Assembly: GCA_964553795.1 (NCBI GenBank)
Contig: CAZKMR010000001.1
Coordinates: 19,230-83,229 of the forward strand
Length of the DNA: 64,000 nucleotides
DNA from: an uncultured Bifidobacterium sp.
GTDB lineage: Bacteria; Verrucomicrobiota; Verrucomicrobiia; Limisphaerales; JADLHS01
Direction: 5' to 3'
Shown here piece after piece: positions 28,198-38,399 of this stretch (position 1 is its first letter; every line of letters starts with the position of its first letter). Under the pieces are notes generated by a model. That model was not told the origin of the DNA and did not search any database. It worked only from the letters and a program-made list of their open reading frames with translations. The translations under genes were made by a program, and so were the position numbers.

Positions 28198-29175
28198 TCA
28201 GAGCCGGAACAATCGTTTGGCGTTTTCATAAAGTAATTTGCGCTCAACTGTTGGATGGGGCGCCAAACGTCGGATAACGGCAAGGGTGCGGGCGCCCTGA
28301 CATTTTTCGTCGGCGCCGTGAGGGTCATCGCAATCACTTCCATAAAGCAGTTTGTCCTGGTGGCGCGCGAAGAATCCGGGCGTGAACGATTCATCGCGCG
28401 TCAACGCATTCAAACCTGATCCCGCCGACAAATCACCATACATGTTCGGGTAATCCGCCAGATATTTTTCAGTCAAACCGCCCGGCGTGACGAGACCTTT
28501 CGGATACAGCACGGCCTGGTCGCGATGATTTTTATCCACGTTGGCCCACCAGGTCTGCGCGTGGCCGATAAAATTGACGCGGGGATATTTTTCCAACATG
28601 CGATAAAAACGCTCGAAACCGTGATTGTACTTTTGATGCTGCCAGTGCATCAGCACCGGCACGTCGTAGTCCTGAGCGAGCAAATAGATTTTTTGCATCG
28701 CCGGGGAATCGCATTCCACGCCAAACTTCAATTCCGCAATCATCACTGCGCCGAGTTTCAGGTATTTTTCAATTTCCTGCGTCGCGCCATCCAATGTCGG
28801 AACTTCGTTCGCCGCAAAACGAAACTCTTTCGGATGAGCCCGGCACAGGCGGTAACATTCCTCGTTGCCGAATGCTTTTGCGGCCAAACCGTTCGAGACA
28901 CCTTCATGTGTTGCCGGGTTCTTTACAGGTCGTCCCGCCGGCAGCAGAATCGTCGTCGTGATTCCCATAGCCCGTTGATGTTCCAGGAGCAATTCGTTCG
29001 ACCGGTTCGAGTAATTGACGTGTTGATGGATATCAATGATCTCGCTTGATGGCGCGGCGGTCGTGACACAGCCATTCAACACCGCGCCAGCCAATGTGAC
29101 GCTGGTGATGGTGAGAAAATCCCGCCGGGAAAGCTGCGCTTGGGTAGTGGCAAGGAGCGATTTTGGATGTGGCAT
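28198..29175 (-). CDS. Tat-exported amidohydrolase-2 family metal-dependent hydrolase
   Basis: Tat-like SRRDFLTITSVTLAGAVLNGC, IIDIHQHV metal-binding start, and a C-terminal LLYGSDCD. Internal Met 29175 is preferred over 29256. Confidence 0.75.
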   Translation of the reverse strand: MPHPKSLLATTQAQLSRRDFLTITSVTLAGAVLNGCVTTAAPSSEIIDIHQHVNYSNRSNELLLEHQRAMGITTTILLPAGRPVKNPATHEGVSNGLAAKAFGNEECYRLCRAHPKEFRFAANEVPTLDGATQEIEKYLKLGAVMIAELKFGVECDSPAMQKIYLLAQDYDVPVLMHWQHQKYNHGFERFYRMLEKYPRVNFIGHAQTWWANVDKNHRDQAVLYPKGLVTPGGLTEKYLADYPNMYGDLSAGSGLNALTRDESFTPGFFARHQDKLLYGSDCDDPHGADEKCQGARTLAVIRRLAPHPTVERKLLYENAKRLFRL

Positions 29176-29264
29176 CGATGGATTTTGCGCGAGGCGGATG
29201 GGCGGTTCAACGGAGAAAATCGAGAACCTCGGCAGGTTGGCTGGCGGGTGCGTCATTCTTAGTT

Positions 29265-32234
29265 ATGAAGTTTCATGTGGGTGTAATTTTAGCGCTGAAC
29301 GGACTTTGGTTCGATGGCGTGAACGCGGCGCCGCCGGAACTGACTCGAGCCGACCTGCCGCGGGTGTTGCCGGTCGAGACGTCGAATGTCTTTCAAACGT
29401 TTCAATTGAAACCGGGATTCAACCTGCAATTGGCCGCCGCCGAGCCGCTCGTTGTTGATCCCATCGAAATGTGTTTCGATGAAAACGGGAGAATGTTCGT
29501 GGTCGAGATGCGGGATTATTCCGAGCGCCGCGAGGAACAACCGCATTTGGGAAGAATCCGCTTGCTGACCGATCCGGACGGCGATGGCGTTTTTGATAAG
29601 GCGACGGTTTTTGCGGAAGATTTGCCGTGGCCAACCGGCGTGTGTTGTTACGCTGGCGGCATCTTCGTCGCCGCGACCCCGGACATCATTTATTTCAAAG
29701 ACACCGACGGCGATGGTCGGGCGGACGTGCGGCAGGTGGTCTTCACCGGGTTTGGGGCTGGCCGGGAGGATAAGCTCAATGTGCAAGCACTGGTGAACAG
29801 TTTGCGCTGGGGAATGGACAACCGCATTCACGGGCAAACCGCTGGCAACGGGGCCGTGCTCAAGCGACCGGGTGCGCCGGATGCGACAGCCCTCATGCTG
29901 CGCGGGCGTGATTTCAGTTTCGATCCACGCCGACTGGATTTACGCGCGGAGAATGGCGGCGGCCAATACGGCATGAGCTTCGATAACCGGGGCCGGAAGT
30001 TTGTGTGCAGTAATTCGCATCACATCCAAACGTTCCGGTACGAATCGCGTTATGCAGAACGCAATCCATTCTATGACCTGCTGCGGGCCTTGGTGGACAT
30101 TGCGGTGGACGGACCGGCGGCGGAAGTCTATCGCACGAGCCCGGAAGAAGCCTGGCGCGTGATTCGCACCCAATGGCGCGTGAGCGGCGTGGTGTCAGGA
30201 TTGATCGAGGGCGGGGGACGTTCATCGGGGTATTTCACATCGGCGACGGGCATCACCATTTACCGCGGCGACGCGTTCCCCGAGGAATTTCAGGGTGACG
30301 CGTTCATTGCAGACGTGGGAAGCAACCTCATTCATCGCAAGAAAGTTCGTCGCGACGGGGTAGGCGTCCTCGCTGAACGACCCGGTGACGAACAAAAAAT
30401 TGAGTTTCTCACGTCCACGGATTTGTGGTTTCGACCGACGATGCTCGCCAACGCTCCGGATGGTTGCCTCTATTTTTGCGACATGTATCGTGAAGTGATC
30501 GAGCATCCCTGGTCCTTGCCTGAGAATATCAAGAAGTTACTCGATCTGAACGCCGGGAATGACCGTGGTCGGATTTACCGAATTGCCCCCGCTGGTTTTA
30601 GCGCGCGCCGGCCACCGCAATTGGGCCGCGCCACCATTCAACAACTGGTTGCCACGCTTGAACACAAGAATGGCTGGCATCGGGACACGGCCGCGCGTTT
30701 GTTGTTTGAGCGCGGGGATTTAACCGCTGTTCCGCTACTGCAAAAAATGCTGCGGGACTCCACTTCGGCTCTGAGTCGGCTGCATGCGCTCCACGTTTTG
30801 GATGGGCTGCAGGCACTGACGGAGGCCGATGTGTTGGCCGCCTTGAACGATTCCGAGGCGTCGGTTCGAGAACACGCGATTGGCCTGGCTGAAAAACTGA
30901 TCGCCGCCGGCAATCTCAAACTGTGGAAGCGGATTTGTCAGTTAAGCGATGATCCCGACATCAACGTGCGTTATCAACTGGCTTTCACGCTGGGCGAGTT
31001 CGATTACCCGGGACGAATCCAAAGTCTGGTCGCTATTGCCCGTCGTGATCTGGAGGACAAGTGGATGCGCGCAGCGATTTATTCGTCCCTCGCCAAAGGC
31101 GCAGGCGAAATGTTTGCCGCGTTAGCGGGTGACGCGGAAGTCCGCACGACAATGGCCGGACAGGAGTTGCTTCAGCAGTTGATCGTGTTCGTCGGGGCAA
31201 ACAATCGTCCTGATGAGATCGCTTTGGTCATCCAGTTGATCGATCAAGTGGATGATCCCGCAACAATGTTTGGTCTGACCCGGGCCTTAGGGGACGGTAT
31301 GCGGCGGGCTCAGAAATCGTTGGATCCCACCGACGACAATTTGAAACGCGTCTTGGTGCGCGCCCGAATGGAATCGGTTAACCCAACTGCCGCTGAATCT
31401 ATTCGTCTTGCAGCCATCGAACTGCTCGCGGTCACGAGCTATCAAGAATGTGGCGACCTGCTGCTGGCGTTGCTGGATTCGCAACATCCGCAAACTGTGC
31501 AGCTCGCCGCGCTGACGGCGCTGGATCAATTTGGCGCGGCGCCCATCGGTGCCGAACTGACACGCCGTTGGTCCGCGTTGACGCCGCGAATCAGAAGCGC
31601 GGCGTTGGCGCTGTTGTTGGCGCGACCGGACCGCGCGAAAGCGTTGTTGGCGGCTATCGAGAGCGACGCGATTCGGGCCAGCGTGCTTGACTCAACACAG
31701 ACCAAGCTTTTGCTCACGTATCGCCATGCCGCAGTGCGCGAGTTGGCGCAGAAAATTCTCGCCCGGCAAACCAATGGCTCACGGCAGAAGGTCATTGCTG
31801 ACTATTCGCCCGCATTAAGCTTGCGCGGCGACGCCGCGGCCGGGAAGAAGATTTACGTCGAGCGTTGTGCGTTTTGTCATCAATCCAACGGCGAGGGCTA
31901 CGCCTTGGGACCGGATTTTGCGACCGTCAAGAACGCTGGCAAGGAGCACCTGTTAACTAGCATCATTGATCCCAATGCCGAGGTGCGCCCGGAATTTGTC
32001 GGTTACGTCATCGAAACGAAGGATGAGCAGAGTTTGCACGGATTGGTCATCAGCGAAAGCGCGGCGAGCATCACGCTGCGGCAACCGTACGGCAAGCAGA
32101 GCGTAATTCCGCGTTCCAACATCATGGCAATGCAAAGCCAGGGTTTATCGGTGATGCCGGAAGAATTGGAGGCTGGTCTCACTCCGCAGGCGATGGCGGA
32201 TTTGCTTGAATACATTGCGAATCCAGCGCCGTAA
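29265..32234 (+). CDS. PVC-type heme-binding protein: membrane-bound-dehydrogenase-like beta-propeller, HEAT repeats and C-terminal cytochrome c
   Basis: Signal peptide, FxLxLAAAEPLVVDPIEMCFDENGRMFVVEMRDY, a HEAT-like middle section, and a C-terminal CAFCHQSNGEG heme c motif. Confidence 0.8.
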   Translation: MKFHVGVILALNGLWFDGVNAAPPELTRADLPRVLPVETSNVFQTFQLKPGFNLQLAAAEPLVVDPIEMCFDENGRMFVVEMRDYSERREEQPHLGRIRLLTDPDGDGVFDKATVFAEDLPWPTGVCCYAGGIFVAATPDIIYFKDTDGDGRADVRQVVFTGFGAGREDKLNVQALVNSLRWGMDNRIHGQTAGNGAVLKRPGAPDATALMLRGRDFSFDPRRLDLRAENGGGQYGMSFDNRGRKFVCSNSHHIQTFRYESRYAERNPFYDLLRALVDIAVDGPAAEVYRTSPEEAWRVIRTQWRVSGVVSGLIEGGGRSSGYFTSATGITIYRGDAFPEEFQGDAFIADVGSNLIHRKKVRRDGVGVLAERPGDEQKIEFLTSTDLWFRPTMLANAPDGCLYFCDMYREVIEHPWSLPENIKKLLDLNAGNDRGRIYRIAPAGFSARRPPQLGRATIQQLVATLEHKNGWHRDTAARLLFERGDLTAVPLLQKMLRDSTSALSRLHALHVLDGLQALTEADVLAALNDSEASVREHAIGLAEKLIAAGNLKLWKRICQLSDDPDINVRYQLAFTLGEFDYPGRIQSLVAIARRDLEDKWMRAAIYSSLAKGAGEMFAALAGDAEVRTTMAGQELLQQLIVFVGANNRPDEIALVIQLIDQVDDPATMFGLTRALGDGMRRAQKSLDPTDDNLKRVLVRARMESVNPTAAESIRLAAIELLAVTSYQECGDLLLALLDSQHPQTVQLAALTALDQFGAAPIGAELTRRWSALTPRIRSAALALLLARPDRAKALLAAIESDAIRASVLDSTQTKLLLTYRHAAVRELAQKILARQTNGSRQKVIADYSPALSLRGDAAAGKKIYVERCAFCHQSNGEGYALGPDFATVKNAGKEHLLTSIIDPNAEVRPEFVGYVIETKDEQSLHGLVISESAASITLRQPYGKQSVIPRSNIMAMQSQGLSVMPEELEAGLTPQAMADLLEYIANPAP

Positions 32235-32290
32235 CCGCGCATTCTGAATTTCCTCGTTACGCTTCCCGCAAGCTCGTCTATGTTTCTCGC

Positions 32291-35008
32291 GTGCAGTCGC
32301 TCGAAAACCAACTCGCCGAATTGCCGGCGCTCAATCAGGTCACCGTGCCCGACCTGTGGCAGCAGCAGGCGGTGATGGCGTTGCGCGAAGGCAAAGACGT
32401 GGTCGTGCAAGCGCCGACCGGCTCGGGCAAGACGCTGATTTTCGAGTTGTGGTCCAATCAGGGCAAGCCGCGCGGTCAGGCGATTTACACGGTGCCGACG
32501 CGCGCGTTGGCCAATGACAAACTCGCCGAATGGCGCGCGCGCGGTTGGGATGTTGGCATCGCGACGGGCGATCTCGCCGAAAACCTCGGCGCTCCGGTGA
32601 TCGTGGCAACGTTGGAGACGCAGAAGAATCGGTTGATCGCAGGTGAAGGGCCGACGCTGCTCGTGGTGGATGAATACCAGATGATCAGCGATCCGGATCG
32701 CGGATTGAACTACGAACTCGCGCTCGCGCTCGCGCCGTCGCACACGCAACTTCTGCTGTTGAGCGGCAGTGTTTCCAATCCGCATCACGTGGTGCAATGG
32801 CTGAATCGCCTCGGGCGCAAGGCCGTGTTGATACGTCACGAACATCGCCCGGTGCCGCTAGATGAAGTGTGGGCGAACAATTTGAACTTTCACGTGCCTT
32901 CGGAGATTCGCGGTTATTGGGCGCGCTTGGTCGCGAAAGCGTTGGCCGAAGACCTCGGGCCGATTTTGATCTTTGCGCCGCGCCGACAAGGCGCAGAAAG
33001 CATGGCCGCTGATCTCGCGCGCAATTTGCCCACGCCCAATCCGCTCCAACTTTCCACCGAGCAAAAACAGATTGTTGGCGAACATCTCGCGAAGATGCTC
33101 AAGAGTCGCATCGCGTATCATCACAGCGGCTTGAGCTACGCAGCGCGGGCGGGCGTGATTGAACCGCTGGCGAAGGCGGGACAATTGCGCGTGGTGGTGG
33201 CGACGATGGGTTTGGCGGCGGGCATCAATTTTTCGCTGCGCAGTGTGGCGTTGGCGGGCGAATCGTATCGGCGCGATGCCGTGGAACAGCCGCTGCGCGC
33301 GGATGAGATTTTGCAGATGTTCGGTCGCGCGGGGCGACGCGGATTGGACGAAACGGGCTATGTGTTGATCACGGCGAATGAGATTCGTTTGCTGGATGCG
33401 CGGGCGTGTCATCTGTCGCGGAGCGGCGCGGTGGACTGGAGCGCGTTGTTGGGTTTGATGCAAACGGCGGCGGAGCAGGGGAAGACGCCGTTCGCGGAAG
33501 CGGTGCGCGCGCAGGAACGCTTGTTCACGACGAAGCCGATTTTGCTGGGCGTGGAAGAATCCATGAAACATCCGGTTGTGCCGTGCGGATTGCACACGGA
33601 TGCGGAGCGCGCGCGGCACGTGCGGAAACGGCAGCGCGAGATGTTGAACAGTCGCGGTGAATGGCAGGCGTATCCGATGACGACGGAAAAGCCGTTGCGC
33701 GAAATTGTGGTGGGAGACAAGGAAACGCACAGGGGAACATCCAACATCCAAGGCTCGGCGGATGGCCATTCTTTGGGAAATAGAGCTAACTCGCAGCCGG
33801 TCGGAAATGGGCAGACAGAATATTTGCAGGACGACCACTCACCCCAAAACCGTAGCCGCCGACGTGAGGAGGCGGAGCGCTCTGCAAACGAAATGCTTCC
33901 GCCTCCTCATGTCGGCGACTACCACGAGCCGGTTTCTGCAGACAGCTCGTATGAAGCGAAGCCCACTTTTCGCTCCGTGCTCTCCGAACAAGCGGCGTTG
34001 GAAAAAGTTGGGACGGGGATGATCGTGGTTCTGGAGGAACGCGAGGACGGAACAAAAGTTTACGGTCGCGCTTCAACCGTGGCGGACGTGCTCAGCGGCG
34101 ATCGTGTGATCATCGCCAAGTGGGTGCGGCGACTGACGAATTGGAACGGTCGGCAGGCGGAGTTGAGTGTGTGGCACGAAAAAATTGCGCCGTTGCTCGA
34201 ACACAGACTCGCCGGTCAGCATACGCCGGTGGTGAAGTTCGTGAAGCAGGCGCAACGCATTCTCGTTTACGTGAGTCTCGCAGACCTGACGATGCGCGTG
34301 CCGGTGGATAATTACGGTGTGGCGATGTGGAAACCGGTCGAGCGGGAAGTGTTGCCCTACGATTGCGCGCAGTGTTCGCTGGTCGAAGTGTGCAAAACGC
34401 TGCCGACGGCGACGGGAACGGCGTTGACGTGGCGGCGTTTGAATCTCGTGGATGCGGAAGGCAAGCCGACGCTGCGCGGGCGCGTGGTGAGTTTCTTTCA
34501 ACAGGGCGACGGCTTGGCAATCGCTGCGGCGCTGGAGGATGAGCGGTATCCGTTGGACGAATTGATTTACGACATCGCGAATTTAGACGGCGGTTTTCGC
34601 TTTTGCGGCGATGAGAATCGTTATGCGGGCCGATTGGCGAATGCGTGTCACGAGAAGTTTCAATTGCTCAGCATACCCGGCTATCTCGAAAACGGGTTGC
34701 CGCCGAAATATGGTTACGGCGCGGAAGCGGTCGTGCAGAGCGTGCATAAAAATCCCGCGAGCAAACATCATTGGGTGACGGATTTGCTCGGGGCGGGGGA
34801 CATTGATCGGGCGATTATCGAGTGGCGTAGTTTACTGCGGCAAATTTCGCATGCGCCGGAACTGGAGTGGCCGCGCTGGAGCGCGTTTCAGGCGTTGGCA
34901 AAGACGACGTTGAACGAGACGGAATCGCCGACGCTAACGGAGTTACCGCGGCTGGAGTACCACCAAACGCGGCGCGTGGATCATCGGTTGATTTTGCGGC
35001 GGCATTGA
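32291..35008 (+). CDS. Superfamily-2 DEAD/DEAH-box (Ski2/HelY-like) helicase
   Basis: Motif I QAPTGSGKT, motif II VVDEYQ, motif VI QMFGRAGRRG, and a large C-terminal domain. It contains a low-complexity, repeat-bearing insert around 33720-33960. Confidence 0.85.
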   Translation: MQSLENQLAELPALNQVTVPDLWQQQAVMALREGKDVVVQAPTGSGKTLIFELWSNQGKPRGQAIYTVPTRALANDKLAEWRARGWDVGIATGDLAENLGAPVIVATLETQKNRLIAGEGPTLLVVDEYQMISDPDRGLNYELALALAPSHTQLLLLSGSVSNPHHVVQWLNRLGRKAVLIRHEHRPVPLDEVWANNLNFHVPSEIRGYWARLVAKALAEDLGPILIFAPRRQGAESMAADLARNLPTPNPLQLSTEQKQIVGEHLAKMLKSRIAYHHSGLSYAARAGVIEPLAKAGQLRVVVATMGLAAGINFSLRSVALAGESYRRDAVEQPLRADEILQMFGRAGRRGLDETGYVLITANEIRLLDARACHLSRSGAVDWSALLGLMQTAAEQGKTPFAEAVRAQERLFTTKPILLGVEESMKHPVVPCGLHTDAERARHVRKRQREMLNSRGEWQAYPMTTEKPLREIVVGDKETHRGTSNIQGSADGHSLGNRANSQPVGNGQTEYLQDDHSPQNRSRRREEAERSANEMLPPPHVGDYHEPVSADSSYEAKPTFRSVLSEQAALEKVGTGMIVVLEEREDGTKVYGRASTVADVLSGDRVIIAKWVRRLTNWNGRQAELSVWHEKIAPLLEHRLAGQHTPVVKFVKQAQRILVYVSLADLTMRVPVDNYGVAMWKPVEREVLPYDCAQCSLVEVCKTLPTATGTALTWRRLNLVDAEGKPTLRGRVVSFFQQGDGLAIAAALEDERYPLDELIYDIANLDGGFRFCGDENRYAGRLANACHEKFQLLSIPGYLENGLPPKYGYGAEAVVQSVHKNPASKHHWVTDLLGAGDIDRAIIEWRSLLRQISHAPELEWPRWSAFQALAKTTLNETESPTLTELPRLEYHQTRRVDHRLILRRH
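33852..33922. repeat. REPIN-like inverted doublet inside the helicase ORF
   Basis: GTAGCCGCCGACGTGAGGAGGCGGA (33852-33876), a 21-nt spacer, then TCCGCCTCCTCATGTCGGCGACTAC (33898-33922). The arms are complementary at 23/25 positions. Confidence 0.7.
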
Positions 35009-35198
35009 GTGCGTTGTGGACTACGTCGGCAAAGCGCAGCGGCGACGGCGACTTCGGGCGGATGACGGCGGGCCGAATTAGCGGGGAACTTTGAGCGTGC
35101 GAAAGCGGTGTCGCGCTGCGCTTGCCACCGCAGTCCAAGACGGCGGATTTGCGTTGGTTCATGGCAACAATGCGCGACTTCAAATCGCCGAATCAGCA

Positions 35199-36686
35199 TC
35201 AGCGCGCCATCTTGATGAAGTCCTGATCGATGACGATTTTCCAGTCGCTGGCGAAGCGTTGCATTTTGACGGTTTCGTGTTTCGGCGGGCCGGAGTTCAA
35301 TCGGGTTTCCAGTTGCAGAATGACGTGGTCGTCGTCTGGCGTTTGTTCGGAGAGGATGCGATAACCTTGATAGCCGCGATGCTGATGTTCGGCCATCATC
35401 GGCATCAGAATTCCCTCTTCGACACCGAATTGATTCTTCAACAGTTCTTCGAGCATTTGCGCTTTGTTCGGGTCGTTCGAAGCCTCGGCCATTTTGATGA
35501 ACATGTCTTCAAGGGTTTGGCGCGCGTCGGCGGTGATGAAGATGGATTCTTTGAAGCGGTCGCGATTTCCATTCAGCACGGACCAACCGCGCGTTTGCAA
35601 TGCTGCGTGAGGCGTGGCGAAGCCGACGTCGTTCCATGAAGCAATAGGTAGTTCGACGGGCGAATTGGTTGACGCGGCGGCGGTGGTCGTGGGCGGAGGT
35701 TCGGCGAGCGTTGTTGGGGGATTGGAACGCAGTCGCGCAACTTCGCCTCGTAACCGGGCAACGTCATTCGCGCTGCGGCGTAGTTGCTCGTTCTCCTGCT
35801 GCATCGCATTCAATTGAGCGGTGATGTTCTCGTGCGCTTCGCGAAGTTCCTGGTTCGCGCTGAACGATTGCTTTTGCAGATTCTGCACCTGTTCGCGCAG
35901 TCGAGCGTTCTGGCGGAACTCATAAACACCCACGCCGGCAAGCACGGCGATGGTGGTAGTGATGATTGTTTTTTGAAGCGTGGTCATAGCGAGAGCGTTT
36001 GCGGTAGTGGCCGTGGCGGGGGTGGCAAGACTGGCGACGCTGAGCGCGGCAGTGGAACTGATGGTGAGCGCGAGGCCGATCGGCGCGGCTTGAACCGCGT
36101 TGGCGGAGACGGCGGCGACCCATCCGCTCGCACCGACGGTAACGCCTCGTTTGGCGAAGAATTCGCGCAAGCGTTCGACGGCGCGGCTGACGCGTTTTTG
36201 CGCGGCATCGTCGCTGATGCCGAGTTGTTGGCCGACGACCCGCAGCGATTTGTTCTCGAAGAAACGGAGCAGGACGGCGGTGCGGTCGGCTTCGTCGAGC
36301 GCAGATACGGCTTCGTCGAGGAGTGGTTCGATGTCGGTCCAACTGGCGTCGGGGGCGTTGGTGGCGTTCATCTGAGTGGCGATTTGTTCACGCAATTGGC
36401 GGCGTGCTTCGCGGCGCACGACATCTATTGCAGTGTGGCGGGTCACTTGATAAAGCCAGGCAGTGAGCACGGTGTCGGCCTGAAGTTTTCCGGCGACACG
36501 CGCGAGATCGGTGAAAACCATCTGGCTGACTTCTTCGGCTAATTGCGTTGCACGGACCTGGCGCAACGCGGCGGAGTAAACGAGGTTTACGTGGCGGCGG
36601 ACGAGTTCCGCAAAGTCCTCGTCCGCGCGGTGGCGGGCGTAACGGGTGAGCAATTCCTGGTCGGTTTGATTGGCGCGCGCGCTCAT
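35199..36686 (-). CDS. ECF-type sigma-70 factor fused to a TM helix, a coiled coil and a C-terminal domain (paralog of 15021-16697)
   Basis: Sigma regions 2 and 4 (AEEVSQMVFTDLAR; DRTAVLLRFFENKSLRVVGQQLGISDDAAQKRV), TM segment IITTTIAVLAGVGVY, and coiled coil VARLRGEVARLRS. Confidence 0.8.
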   Translation of the reverse strand: MSARANQTDQELLTRYARHRADEDFAELVRRHVNLVYSAALRQVRATQLAEEVSQMVFTDLARVAGKLQADTVLTAWLYQVTRHTAIDVVRREARRQLREQIATQMNATNAPDASWTDIEPLLDEAVSALDEADRTAVLLRFFENKSLRVVGQQLGISDDAAQKRVSRAVERLREFFAKRGVTVGASGWVAAVSANAVQAAPIGLALTISSTAALSVASLATPATATTANALAMTTLQKTIITTTIAVLAGVGVYEFRQNARLREQVQNLQKQSFSANQELREAHENITAQLNAMQQENEQLRRSANDVARLRGEVARLRSNPPTTLAEPPPTTTAAASTNSPVELPIASWNDVGFATPHAALQTRGWSVLNGNRDRFKESIFITADARQTLEDMFIKMAEASNDPNKAQMLEELLKNQFGVEEGILMPMMAEHQHRGYQGYRILSEQTPDDDHVILQLETRLNSGPPKHETVKMQRFASDWKIVIDQDFIKMAR

Positions 36687-36743
36687 TTTCGCAAGTATAT
36701 CGCCGCCGTCGGGGCGAATCCGACAAAGTTTTTTCGGTTCAGG

Positions 36744-36772
36744 TGTAACCGGCGGCGCGTGAGTTTCGTATT
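36744..36772 (+). promoter_or_regulatory. Putative ECF-type promoter (TGTAAC-N17-CGTATT) upstream of the 36809 operon
   Basis: TGTAAC at 36744-36749 and CGTA at 36767-36770 resemble the AAC / CGT ECF promoter pattern. It lies in the divergent region between two sigma-containing units. Confidence 0.3.
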
Positions 36773-36808
36773 CCTTGGCAAAACGGCGAATGGGTCGCTG
36801 GAGAAAGA

Positions 36809-37762
36809 ATGACTATGAAAATCAAAGCGTATTTGAGTTTGGTGGGTTTAACCGGAGTGTTGGCGGGGGGCAATGTCCTGGCGGCGCCGTTGCAACGTTC
36901 CGACGTGATGAATGATCCGGCGTGGGTGTTGCATCTGGATTGCGATGAACTACGGCAGACGGCGATGGGAAAGCAAATCCTGGCGGAAATGGACAAACCG
37001 GACGCGCAGAAGAAACTCGCGGCGTTCGAGGCGGTGTTTAAGGTGGACCTGCGGAAGGATTTGCACGGCGTCACAGTTTACAGCGCGACGAAAGATGAAC
37101 CAGATGGCGTGGTGCTGGCTTACGCCGACTTCGACGCGGAACGGTTGGTCACGTTGGTGCAGGCGAATCCGAGTTACGAGAGCGTCAAGCGGAATGGGCA
37201 CACGATTCACAATTGGATTGATGACAAGAAAAAGGAAGTGAATGGCGTGAAGCCGCGAACCTACGGCGCGATTTACCAGGACAAGATCATTGTCGTGGGC
37301 CAAAAGGAGAATCGTGTGGTCGAAGCACTTGAGGTGTTGGCCGGCAAGAAGCCGGATGTGACCAAGAGCGCGACGTTTGCGCCGCTGGCGAAACCGGAGG
37401 CGGGTACCATCGTGCAAGCGGCGGCCCGGAAGTTGAATCTGCCCGGCAACGATCCCGGCGCGGCAGTGTTCAAGCAGGCGAAAATGATCTGGCTGAATTT
37501 CGGTGAACGCGCGGGCAAAGCGGAATTGAAACTGAATCTGGACGCGGATTCGGCGGAGGTCGCGCAGCAAATGGTGGATGTGGCGAAAGGATTGATCGCG
37601 GTGATGGCGTTGCAGACCGACAAACCGGAAGCGGTGAAGTTGGCCAAGGCCGCGACGGTGGATTCGACGGCATCGAGTGTGGCGATAAAATTCGCTTTAC
37701 CGGCGGCGGACGTGGTGCAGATGATCAAAGACAAAGCTGCGGAACAGTCGAAGAAGGACTGA
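36809..37762 (+). CDS. Secreted hypothetical protein
   Basis: Signal peptide MTMKIKAYLSLVGLTGVLAGGNVLA. It ends 14 nt upstream of an ECF sigma gene. No recognisable catalytic motif. Confidence 0.65.
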   Translation: MTMKIKAYLSLVGLTGVLAGGNVLAAPLQRSDVMNDPAWVLHLDCDELRQTAMGKQILAEMDKPDAQKKLAAFEAVFKVDLRKDLHGVTVYSATKDEPDGVVLAYADFDAERLVTLVQANPSYESVKRNGHTIHNWIDDKKKEVNGVKPRTYGAIYQDKIIVVGQKENRVVEALEVLAGKKPDVTKSATFAPLAKPEAGTIVQAAARKLNLPGNDPGAAVFKQAKMIWLNFGERAGKAELKLNLDADSAEVAQQMVDVAKGLIAVMALQTDKPEAVKLAKAATVDSTASSVAIKFALPAADVVQMIKDKAAEQSKKD

Positions 37763-37775
37763 GCGGGCCGGAATT

Positions 37776-38399
37776 GTGTCAGCGTCGCCTCAAATCATTT
37801 CGGACGAACAACTCGCGCAACGGGCTCAAGCCGGTTGCGCGGGAAGTTTTGAAGAGTTGGTCACCCGCTTTGAAGGGCGGCTGTATCGGTTTGTGGTCAA
37901 TCGCTGCGGGAGTCGCGACGCGGCGCAGGAGGTGACACAGGATAGTTTCGTGGCGGCGTATCGGGCATTGGAACGATTTGATGGTCGCCGCTCGTTCGCC
38001 GCGTGGTTGTTCGCCATTGCCCGGCGCAAGTGCGTGGATTACCACCGGCGGCAACCCTTGGCGGTTGCCGAAGAATACGCTGGCGGCGACGCGGACGGTA
38101 ACGATCCGGCGACGATGCTGGCGCACCGCGAGTCCGCTGGCGATTTTTGGCGGCGCGTGCGGGGGGCGCTGTCCGAACTCCAATTTGAAGCGGTGTGGTT
38201 GCGTTACGCTGAGGACATGGGCATACCCGAAATCGCGCAGGTGCTGGGGCGCACGCAAACCCACGTCAAGGTGGTGTTGTTTCGGGCGCGATTAAAATTG
38301 GAGCAAGAACTGACAAGTGCGACTGGCGAGACGGTTGAGCGTCCTACCACTGCGCCGTTGAATACCGTAACGCCGCCGAAACCAGTAAAAGTTGTATGA
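37776..38399 (+). CDS. ECF sigma factor (RpoE-like)
   Basis: Region 2 AQEVTQDSFVAAYRAL..FAAWLFAIARRKCVDYHRR and region 4 LQFEAVWLRYAEDMGIPEIAQVLGRTQTHVKVVLFRARLKL. Confidence 0.85.
   Translation: MSASPQIISDEQLAQRAQAGCAGSFEELVTRFEGRLYRFVVNRCGSRDAAQEVTQDSFVAAYRALERFDGRRSFAAWLFAIARRKCVDYHRRQPLAVAEEYAGGDADGNDPATMLAHRESAGDFWRRVRGALSELQFEAVWLRYAEDMGIPEIAQVLGRTQTHVKVVLFRARLKLEQELTSATGETVERPTTAPLNTVTPPKPVKVV

Noticed and set aside
35105-35131. Hairpin GCGGTG-N15-CACCGC in the convergent gap between the helicase and the ECF gene, considered as a bidirectional intrinsic terminator.
   Set aside because: The stem is only 6 bp, the loop is large, and there is no T/A tract on either side. It is more likely another GC-rich intergenic repeat, and there is not enough support for a terminator call.
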